Assembly (NCBI GenBank): GCA_048213135.1
Contig: PS015237.1
Span: 11,194 to 49,804 of the forward strand
DNA length: 38,611 nt
Source of the DNA: Reclinomonas americana ATCC 50394
Lineage: Eukaryota
Direction of reading: 5' to 3'
Below the pieces are notes generated by a model. The model was given only the letters and a program-made list of their open reading frames with translations. It had not been told where the DNA came from and searched no databases. The position numbers were made by a program, and so were the translations under genes. The number at the start of each line of letters is the position of its first letter. Position 1 is the first letter of the stretch. This document shows, piece after piece, positions 11,596 to 21,677 of this stretch.

Positions 11596-14387
11596 TTAAA
11601 TGAGCCCGTGCCTCCAGCAGTACCATACTGCAGCCGTTGGTGAGTGCGCAAGAGAGAGGATTACAGATTGCGGAGCGGCAGGTACGCAACGGATAAATGA
11701 CATGGATCCGACCGAGAGCACGCCCATGCCCATTACCACATTCATGACTGGGTGAAGTGGAGCGAAACAATCAGCGTCGCAGTGGGAGAGTGGCTTCGAG
11801 GAGAGATGCATGAGACGCAACAAGCAGTGCGGCTCTCCTCCAACTCAGTCGCTAAATTCATGCCAAAGATGCCGGTGACCACCGACGATAAAGAGAAGCT
11901 AAACATGGAGGCCGACAAGACCAGCTGCAGTCGAATGATTCGATTGCGGTTGCTGCGCGCATCACGGTCTACTCGTCAGCGACTCAGAAAAATGCAGCAA
12001 CAGCATCACTGCGCGCAACGTGTCGAGTCGGAGCATCACCACGTCCTCCACATCTCGAATGCTGAGCGACATGGCGGAGGTGAGTCGAGAAGAGATAGGG
12101 GAAGGAAGCAAACGATTCAAACTCACGATCGTTTGAAATGGGTGACTTGATGTAGGACCTGACGACGAGGATACTCACTTGTGTGAGAACGACGGGGAAG
12201 GAATACAAGTGCATGAGAGAGACGAAACGTCAGTCTGCTGCTTCAAGAAGCCCTCGAACAGCAACTCAACCTCCTCGTGTTGATTGACTTGCCGAGGATG
12301 TCTGCGCGCAGATGTCAGGAAGCAGCGGGGAAAAGGAAGCAGGAGAGGAGGAGACGCAACCCCAGCACTGCTTTTGTTGTCAAGTACATTTGCGCCATGT
12401 CCTGTGCAGGAAGTGTTAGGTTCTCCTCGCTCGGCGCGCGTGCGTGCGGCGTACGTACCTCGTCATTCATTAGTACTTCAGAGAGCGCGTCACAAATCGA
12501 TTGCACATGATGGCCAAACGTGCTCAGCCTGCACAAACAAAAGTCAGGCGACTCATACTGACAATCAAAACAATCGACCAGACGCAACGCTTTCTTGAGC
12601 GGCAGCAGCCGGGCCAGGTGGTGTGTCCTCACATCGACAGCCATAATGTTCAAGATCTGCGATCGACTGGTGCGTCAAGAGGGGCACAGACACGTACGCG
12701 ACACGAACTCGGCCAACACACACCTCGTCTACTGCTNNNNNNNNNNNNNNNNNNNNNNNNNNNNNNNNNNNNNNNNNNNNNNNNNNNNNNNNNNNNNNNN
12801 NNNNNNNNNNNNNNNNNNNNNNNNNNNNNNNNNNNNNNNNNNNNNNNNNNNNNNNNNNNNNNNNNNNNNNNNNNNNNNNNNNNNNNNNNNNNNNNNNNNN
12901 NNNNNNNNNNNNNNNNNNNNNNNNNNNNNNNNNNNNNNNNNNNNNNNNNNNNNNNNNNNNNNNNNNNNNNNNNNNNNNNNNNNNNNNNNNNNNNNNNNNN
13001 NNNNNNNNNNNNNNNNNNNNNNNNNNNNNNNNNNNNNNNNNNNNNNNNNNNNNNNNNNNNNNNNNNNNNNNNNNNNNNNNNNNNNNNNNNNNNNNNNNNN
13101 NNNNNNNNNNNNNNNNNNNNNNNNNNNNNNNNNNNNNNNNNNNNNNNNNNNNNNNNNNNNNNNNNNNNNNNNNNNNNNNNNNNNNNNGGTACAAGCACGT
13201 CAAAGTCTCGTAATGTCGCGAGATACTGCTCAGGCGAGAAGCGATGAGCACAAGCCACCGCCACGTCTCACTCTCCCTCTCTTTCTCCGTCTATCGCAAC
13301 TGTGTACATCAGCACGGCTTCCATGAATCGCAATTCAAGCGGCACGTTCTCCTTGCCGCCCTGCTTTGGCGAGATCTCCAGACGATTGAGGATAATGTCG
13401 ACAAAGTCGTCGACCACCTGCGGCTCGGCGTCGAACAAGTACAACGACTTGTACGTGATGAGCGCGCGCACCGACGGGAAGTTCATGATGATGCACGAGG
13501 GGCGCGAGAGGATAATGGGAATGTGATAGCGGAAGCTGCCGTCGACCGCCCGCACATCGCGCGCCTCCAGCTGATACTTGGTGTACAGATCGGATTTGGG
13601 GATGACTGACGGTGGCGCAACGTGAGCGCCAAACAGAGAGAGCGAGAGTCTTGCACGTCCCTCCCCACCTGTTCGTTCTCTCCTTCCCTGCCCATCGATA
13701 CGCACAGCGACCAGCACCGATTGCGTGGCCAGTGGACCCCGAACCGGAGGGCGCGATCCTCCCGACGAACCCTCCGATCCCCCNNNNNNNNNNNNNNNNN
13801 NNNNNNNNNNNNNNNNNNNNNNNNNNNNNNNNNNNNNNNNNNNNNNNNNNNNNNNNNNNNNNNNNNNNNNNNNNNNNNNNNNNNNNNNNNNNNNNNNNNN
13901 NNNNNNNNNNNNNNNNNNNNNNNNNNNNNNNNNNNNNNNNNNNNNNNNNNNNNNNNNNNNNNNNNNNNNNNNNNNNNNNNNNNNNNTCCTCCTCCTCCTC
14001 CATTGCCGTTTCTCCTCCCCGACTCCGCAGTCGGCGCCACCGACGACAATACCGACGACACCTCCTGCATATCCGCTGCGCGTGCGACACACTCGTCACA
14101 CCACACTCACTGATTCACCCACTGTCTTACACACATGCATTGCACCGACCTCGTGTGGCATCAAAGTCTGCGCGTTTCGACGCCTCCTCTTCCTCCTCGT
14201 CTTGCAGTGCCCATTCCTCTTGCATGGCGCGTTTGGCGCGACCGCCAGACACCTGCCCAGTGTCGCTCATTTGGCCAGTGGGAGGAATGATGGCACACAG
14301 TGTGCGTCGCTGTTGCGCGACAGACAACCATGGTGGTGGTGATAGTGTGCCTCGGGCGAGCAGGTGCCGAGGCAATCGCCACAGCAT
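11596..14387 (-). CDS. MRS2: Mitochondrial Mrs2/CorA-family magnesium channel
   Basis: Transit-peptide-like start MLWRLPRHLLAR. Motifs LEARDVR, PLELRFMEAVL, LMNDEDMAQMYLT, HEEVELLFEGF, LDTNRNRIIRLQL, and GIFGMNL before a second TM. About 12 introns; interrupted by two N-gaps. Confidence 0.9.
12737..13187. other. Assembly gap (N run) inside Mrs2
   Basis: Run of N. Confidence 0.99.
13784..13986. other. Assembly gap (N run) in a Gly-repeat exon of Mrs2
   Basis: Run of N flanked by (TCC)n and C-runs. Confidence 0.99.
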
Positions 14388-14588
14388 TCGCTGAGTGAGT
14401 GGATCAAAGGAGAGGACACGTTTGTCGACGTTCTGGCGCGCAATGAAGGCACTTGTGCGCGCGGGAGAGACTTTGCAGTAACAGTGCACGGTGAGCAGCG
14501 TCAGCGTCTTCAGCCGCAAGGCAACGAGCGATGACGAAGAGAGAGAATGTCCCGAACGTCGACCTGCATCATCCTTCGTTGACAAAAG
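14388..14588. promoter_or_regulatory. Probable bidirectional promoter between Mrs2 and the AUH-like hydratase
   Basis: About 200 bp between divergent ATGs (14387 on minus, 14589 on plus). Confidence 0.5.
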
Positions 14589-15868
14589 ATGTTGGCGAGC
14601 TCGCTGCTTCGTCGCTGTGTGAGCGTGTGTGGCCGGCGTTCCACTGTGCCACTGTTCTCCACCAGTGCCACTGCTGCAGCGGCCACATGTGCGCGATTGG
14701 AGCTGTTGCAGGGCGATGACAAGGGTCTGTTCCACTCGCTCCCGACACTCTTCTCTTCATCGCTGACTGACGTGCATGAGAGCAGGCATCGCAGTGATCA
14801 CTCTGGACCGCGCGCCAGCCAATGCCCTCGGTCGCCAGATGCTGCAGGAGGTCCACTGATTGCTCTGTCTGTCTGTCTCACAGATGCATGCATCACTCTG
14901 ACTCTCGCGCGTGCATCAGTTCCGCGGGGCGGTGGCGCAATGCCGCTTCGAGCCCTCTCTGCGCTGCGTGATTGTGCGCTCGGCACTGGAGAAGGTGTTT
15001 TGTGCGGGCGCCGATCTCAAGGAGCGCGCCGAGATGACGCAACGCGAGGTCGGCGAGTTTGTGTACGGATTGCGTTCCGGATTCACGGAGCTGGAGTCGC
15101 TGCCGGTGCCGACGATTGCTGCGCTCGATGGAGCCACGTTGGGCGGTGGATTGGAGCTGGCGCTGGCGTGTGACATGCGTGTGGCCAGTGAGGGGGCGTT
15201 GATTGGCTTGCCGGAGACCGCGCTGGCCATTACTCCGGGGTGTGTGTGTAGTGCGTGAAGGGAGAAGCAGGGGGAGGCGCTGATGCGAGTGTGGTGATGC
15301 AGAGCGGGTGGTACGCAGCGACTGCCGCGTCTGATTGGACCCTCGCGCGCCAAGGAGCTGACGTTCACCGCGCGGCGCATCAGTTCGGCGGATGCGGCCG
15401 CGATCGGTTCGCCCCGTGTCGTATGCTCTCCCTCTCTCGCTCGCCTTCTTCCTGCTCATGCACGTGTGCGATTTGCGCAGGGCTGGTGAACTACAGTGTG
15501 CCAAAGGGCAAGGCATACGAAAAGGCTCTGGCGCTGGCGCGAGAAATACTGCCGCAGGTCGGTGGTGGCGATGCATGAAAAAGCTGGCCAGCGTTGGCAC
15601 TCACACTCCGCATACGTAGGGACCTGTGGCGCTGCGCATGGCCAAGCTGGCAATCGACGGTGGCATGCAAATGGATCGCACCAGTGGCATGCTGCTGGAG
15701 CAGCAGTGCTACGCACAGGTCATTCCGACCAAGGACCGACTGGAGGGTTCGAACGCTTATCGTGTTGAGTATATTAACGCCGTCCGATTTCGTTAACTGT
15801 TGAAAAACCCCGACGCAGGACTCGCGGCCTTCAAGGAGAAGCGCAAGCCGCAGTACACTGGCGAGTGA
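14589..15868 (+). CDS. AUH: Mitochondrial methylglutaconyl-CoA hydratase (crotonase/enoyl-CoA hydratase family)
   Basis: Transit peptide MLASSLLRR. Motifs [55 protein letters not shown], and [22 protein letters not shown]. Six GT-AG introns. Confidence 0.92.
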
Positions 15869-16033
15869 GACGCCCGGGGAAACGTACGAAAGTAAAATAT
15901 GGTCCGATTTGGCAACAAGTAGCCACTCAACGGCCGAAAATTGACGGTTTCACTCGACCGTTCTTCGAAACTCACGCACGAACGGAGAGGAGAGAGAGAT
16001 AAGAGAGACGAGTGACGCGCATCTGTCGGTGCA

Positions 16034-18900
16034 ATGTCTAGTCGCAGTGAGTAACATGCACACGCGCGTGTGTGTTTTCAGAAAAGTGACTCACACCCGT
16101 TGATCAGATGCGTGGCGACGGGCTCCTGGCGACGACGACGACGATGATGATCGCGGTCGCGATATCGAGGCATCGAGAGCGATCGAGCAGCGGACGCCCA
16201 TCACCATGATGACATCGCCCAGAGCGCCTGATTACTTGCTCAGCGATGTCGACGACACACCAACACCAGCAGAAGCAACAGCAGCAGCGCCTGCCTATGT
16301 GAATGAGGTGAAGAGAGAGGGTGTTTGATTCCTCTTGTTGCACCACTCGTTTTGATCATGCGGTCTCACTCTCTCCCACGTAGCGCTTCTTGCCGTACCG
16401 CGTTCCGGGAAGTCGCGACACGGTGGTCCGACCGTCGCTGCCACTGTTGGAGCAGCGGTCGTCGAGCTCCTCGGCACTTGTCTTTAGCACGCTGCCGATG
16501 GTGGGCGACGATGGGGCGCAGCCGCGGGTGCAGAGTGCACGCGGTAGGGCAGTTGAAAAGGAAGGCGTGCGCGGGGAGGCGGCAGCGTCGGAGGTGTTGG
16601 AGGGCGATGTGGGCGGGGATGAGGTGGAGAGCGGTCGTGGATGGCGACAGAACAAGCCGGTGCAGTTGGCGCCGGTGACAGCGCTGTCGTCGGAACCTGA
16701 CATCATGTCGGCTTCGGTGCAATCCAAGTCGTTCTTCACGGCACGCATGCTCGGCAACGACGCGAGCAGCAGCGACGGTGTACCCACCCGGGCCGCACGG
16801 CGCACCCATGCGGGTATTCGTGACCCCGACGACACCGACAATGACGACGCCGAGACGTCGGAGATGGATCTGGATTCGGCGCGAGGAAGTCAGACGCACC
16901 AGAAGAGCGAGTTGCGCCGCTTTTCTCGTTTTCCATGCGCCTTTCCTCTCTCTCTCTCCCTCTCATCGCCTCTCTCTCTCTCACAGTCACGGACAGTCTA
17001 CGATTCTCGTGCTCGGCAAGTCCACTGGCAGCAAGCACGGCGACGACGAGGATGGAATGCTGCCAGAAGCCGAGGAGGAGGAGAGTTTCGAGGACGAGGA
17101 AGGCGGCGACGATGATGGAGACGGCGACGATGACGATGGCGACGACGGGAAGAAGGCCGACGATTCCGACGAAAGCGACGAAGACAGTGACGATGAGGAG
17201 GACCGCGGCTGGTTTGGCGCTCCCAACGGAGCACCGTTTGTGATGCGACAAGTGTCACGTTTCCGCATTCTGTGGGATGGGTGGATGCTACTGGTGGCCT
17301 TCTACCTCGTGACATTTGTGCCGGCGATCATTTGCTTCGGGGTGCAAAACACAACCGTGGTGCTCAGTGCCAACGCCGTGGTCGACTTCTTCCTGTGGGC
17401 CGACATGCTCATTGAGTGTTTCACGGCCTACGAGGACGACGGCGTGTCGGTGATTGACCGCAAGCTGATTCGGCGACGATACTTGCGGGGCTGGTTCACG
17501 GTGGATCTGATCAGTGCGCTACCGTTTGAGGTGATTGCGGCCGGCGTCAGCATCTCGCGACCTGGTATCTTCCGTCTCAACAGATTAGCGCGCCTGGCGC
17601 ATGTGCCCTCGTACTTTACGCTGTGGGAGACCGAAACGAGTGTCAACACGAGTCTCCTGCGCATTGTCAAGTTCGTGCTGTACGTGTTGTACATTATGCA
17701 CCTGCTGGCGTGTGTGTGGTTCCTCGTGGTGGCGCTCGAGTACGAGGCAGGCGAGCTCCACAGCTCCTACGTGTTCTCGATGACAATCGTGACCGCGCCC
17801 CTGCGATATCAGTACATGCAGGCGTTTTTCTGGGCGCTGGCCTCCATGACTGGCTACGGCAACACGCTGCCAATCAGTAACGTGGAGCTCATGACGACCA
17901 TTGTGGTGTCGATTATCGGCACCTCGCTCTTCGTCATCACCATCGGTGTCGTCAGCTCGCTGCTGAGCAACATGGATGCGGCCAATCAGGCCTTCCGCAG
18001 CAAGGTCGAAAACATCGACCGCTTCATGACGTACCGCCGCGTGCCACCGCACTTGCAAAAGACCGTCAAGCACTACTACAGCTACTTGTGGAACTCGCGA
18101 CGAGTTGCGTGCGCACTCTGCGGGTGGGTGAATTTAATCGAAACTGACGCTGTGTTTTATCCGTGCAGGGTGTCGACGAGCGTGAAATGCTGCAGGACTT
18201 GCCCGAGTATCTACGCACCGAGTTGGTGTTTGAGGTGCGTCACTTTGTGTTCCATTCCTTTTGTATTTCTGTGACTGCCGCTGACCACTTTGCCTCCACA
18301 CAGATCAACAAGGAGATCATCACGGCGGTCCCGTTCTTCGCCAAGTGCCAGGCGGCATTCATCGAGCGTCTGGTGGTGCGCCTCCGCCCGCGTGTAGTCC
18401 TCCCGCACACCTACATTGTACGCAAGGGCGATTTTGGCAAGGAGATGTACTTTATCTCTCGCGGCGTGGTGCAAGTGGTCGGCGACAATGGCGAGGTGTA
18501 CGCCACCATCAAGGACTGGTTCGGCGAGATTGCGCTGCTGTTCAACATGCGGCGCACGGCCAATGTCAGGGTGCGTGCGTGCGCCGAACCGGCGAACAGG
18601 CTGGGCCACAAACTCACTCACCTCCTCGTGCAGGCGGCGACATTTTGCGATATCTTTGTGCTGTCGCGCTCCGACTTTAACGATGTGATCAAGCTGTTCC
18701 CTGCCGAGGCCAAGATCATGGAAGGGGTGGCAGAGGAGCGAAAGAAAGCCCTGGGCATCCAGGACGACGGTGAGACGACGCTTGTTGTGGCGATTATTGC
18801 TGCAATGACAATTTTTGACTTACACGAACTGCATGCAGCCTCGTCCATGCACAGTGGCGACGACACGGACGACCTCAACTCGACCGCCAGCTCATTCAGT
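16034..18900 (+). CDS. Cyclic-nucleotide-binding 6TM cation channel (KCNH/HCN/CNG-like); 3' end lost in gap
   Basis: S1 FRILWD, YLRGWFTVDLISALPFE, S4 RLNRLARL, pore SMTGYGN, C-linker, and CNBD GDFGKEMYFI...FGEIAL...RRTANVRA. Start inferred from a 13-nt first coding exon. Confidence 0.88.
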
Positions 18901-19438
18901 NNNNNNNNNNNNNNNNNNNNNNNNNNNNNNNNNNNNNNNNNNNNNNNNNNNNNNNNNNNNNNNNNNNNNNNNNNNNNNNNNNNNNNNNNNNNNNNNNNNN
19001 NNNNNNNNNNNNNNNNNNNNNNNNNNNNNNNNNNNNNNNNNNNNNNNNNNNNNNNNNNNNNNNNNNNNNNNNNNNNNNNNNNNNNNNNNNNNNNNNNNNN
19101 NNNNNNNNNNNNNNNNNNNNNNNNNNNNNNNNNNNNNNNNNNNNNNNNNNNNNNNNNNNNNNNNNNNNNNNNNNNNNNNNNNNNNNNNNNNNNNNNNNNN
19201 NNNNNNNNNNNNNNNNNNNNNNNNNNNNNNNNNNNNNNNNNNNNNNNNNNNNNNNNNNNNNNNNNNNNNNNNNNNNNNNNNNNNNNNNNNNNNNNNNNNN
19301 NNNNNNNNNNNNNNNNNNNNNNNNNNNNNNNNNNNNNNNNNNNNNNNNNNNNNNNNNNNNNNNNNNNNNNNNNNNNNNNNNNNNNNNNNNNNNNNNNNNN
19401 NNNNNNNNNNNNNNNNNNNNNNNNNNNNNNNNNNNNNN
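18901..19438. other. Assembly gap hiding the 3' ends of two convergent genes
   Basis: Run of N; open frames enter it from both sides. Confidence 0.97.
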
Positions 19439-20182
19439 CGAAAAGACTCTCGCAGCATCGTCCCAAAGCGCCGCAGCAGCTTCGGATGAGCGCCGAACGC
19501 CGCCTGCGCCTCGTCACTCAACGACAGTGTCCACACGCAGGTGGCGGCCCACTCCAACACCTCCTGCGCCTCGTCCTCGGTGTTGACCAGCAGCTCCGAC
19601 AGCACCAAGTGCCCTCCCCGTGCAATCACCAATCGACGCGCCAGTTGCCGCTCATCCGAGTCACCAATCGCTGGCCACACACATCGTAAGCAAGCAGGTC
19701 GTCATCATCAGCAGAATGCACACACACACGCACACACACTCACCCAAGGAATTGAGCATGCGCAGTGCCTCCGCAGCCGCCTCATTCTCCTGCGCCGAGT
19801 GCCGCAGAGCGCGTCTCCTCCGCCTCTGCGATCGTCCAATCTCCACATCGCCCTCGTCCATGGCCTCCTCCTCATCGCCCATCATCATCATGTCATCATC
19901 ATCCTCCTCCTCATCCAGCTCATCAATCGTCTGCACATCGTCGCCTATCGCAGCCGTGGCAGCCTCTCGCTCTTGCTTCTTCCGACTGTAGTGCTGCAGG
20001 AAGGCGAGGCTGCGCCACATCTCATCGTCGCCTTGGCGTGAAGCACTCGTGCCGGCACCAAAGAAGCCTGCGCCCACTGCAGTCGATGCGTTGGAGGCAG
20101 TGGCAGTGGAGGCCACGTCAGAGTCAACTCCGTTGGCAGAGCGAGCGCCTCCACCAGCGCTGCGCCCCTGTTGTGCGCCCAT
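19439..20182 (-). CDS. Armadillo-repeat protein, N-terminal part (start uncertain, rest in gap)
   Basis: After one GTGAGT intron the frame reads LVIARGGHLVLSELL...VLEWAATCVWTLSLSDE, an ARM-like pattern. Confidence 0.65.
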
Positions 20183-20281
20183 TCCGATATCAGAGAGTGA
20201 GTGGAGTGGGACTTGGGACGACGTGTCGTACAACCAGAACTAGGAGAACGTGTTTCATTATGAGGGATCGCCTTCGGAGCC

Positions 20282-20301
20282 NNNNNNNNNNNNNNNNNNN
20301 N
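20282..20301. other. 20-N gap of unknown true size
   Basis: The plus-strand ARM gene resumes mid-repeat immediately after it, so more than 20 nt must be missing. Confidence 0.9.
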
Positions 20302-21590
20302 CGATGTGGTGCGCGAGGCGTCGGCCGGTGCGCTGGCGGCGCTTGGTGAGTGTGTGGTGGAGAGAGTGTGAGTTTCCATTGGAGGACTGTCGTGTCGCTC
20401 ATGCTGCCATGCAGCGTACTACCATCCGGCCAATGCCGAGGCCATTACGAGTCAGCCAGGTGTGCTGTCGGCACTGGTTGCCTGCATTGCTCCGACGCAG
20501 AGCGAGTCGATTCGCTACGCGGCGGCGCGGGCGCTGCAAAACGTGGCCGCCAACCACGCAGGCACACGCATCGTTCTTGCGCAAATCCCCTGCTTTCTGG
20601 AGAATCTACGCTCCCTTCTCGCCGACTACCTGCCGTCTGAGCTGCACGAGATGGCCTCGGGCACGTTCAGCAACATTGGTTTGTGTTTTGCGGTTCCGCC
20701 TCGTCGTAGAGGAACGTGGCTCATTTCAGTGTCCATAAGTCCTTCACAAACCCAACCGCGACGCCATTGTGCAAGCCGGATGCGTGGCTCCTCTCATTGC
20801 ATTGCTCGAGTCGCCATCGAAGCGCGTGCAACTGCACGTGGTACGCACGCTGGATCAGCTGGTGAAGGAGAGCCGTGAGGGTCGCATGGCTGTGATTGAC
20901 GCGAATGGCATTGAGCACTTGCGACGACTCAGTGAGAGCCGCAGTGCCGACTCTGACGCCAAGAAGCAAGCCAAGTCGCTCCTGTCTGGCCTTCGTGCTC
21001 CAGGTCTTGCCGCGTCCTCTCGTGTATGTTTTTCATGTCCTTCAGTTCCTCACTCTCCTTCCATGCCAGCTGCCGACGTGGCACGGGCCGCCAAGCCACC
21101 GCGCCCCACAGCACCGCCATCGTCGGCGTCATCTGCTTCGTCGCCGTCGTCACCGTCATCCACTGCGCTGTTGGCCTCCATGCCGTCACCACCCTCACAG
21201 CCATCCACACGTCCTGTGGAACGAGCGCGACCGCCAACCACTGCCGCCGAGGGTGCCTCCAGTGCCGGTGCGTGTTGTGTGTGTTTTGTGTGTGTGCACG
21301 TGCATGTAAGGGACGTTCCTCTAATCTCTTTGTGGTGGTCGACAGGGCGCGCCGGCTCTCTGCGACGTGAGCGCTGATGATGCTTGCTGTTTGCTCTCCC
21401 CCGATCCGCTCACTCATATGGATTGTGTACAGTTCGCGCCGGCTCGTTCTCCATGCCGTTTGCGTTGCCTGCTGGTGTGTATTTTCTTCCCCAATAACGT
21501 AGAAAAGCTGCTTGAAACTGAATGCTGGGTGCACACAGGCGCTGTCGAGCCAGTGGGCGGCCCGCCACCACGTCCTCGGCGTCAATGTGA
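20302..21590 (+). CDS. Armadillo-repeat protein, 5' truncated; may end at TGA 21590 or splice on into the downstream kinase
   Basis: ARM motifs VREASAGALAALA, IRYAAARALQNVA, NRDAIVQAGCVAPLIALL and VIDANGIEHLRRL. Exons in the low-complexity tail are ambiguous. Confidence 0.7.
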
Positions 21591-21677
21591 ATACCGTGCT
21601 TTCATTTCTTGCGCTTAAGCGAACTCACCACTCCCTCCGTGTGTTGTGCAGTGCCCGGAAGCTCAGCAGCCGATGCC

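Noticed and set aside
21346-21400. SAM-like fragment LCDVSADDACCLL
   Set aside because: It is out of phase with the preceding exon and runs into intron-like sequence.
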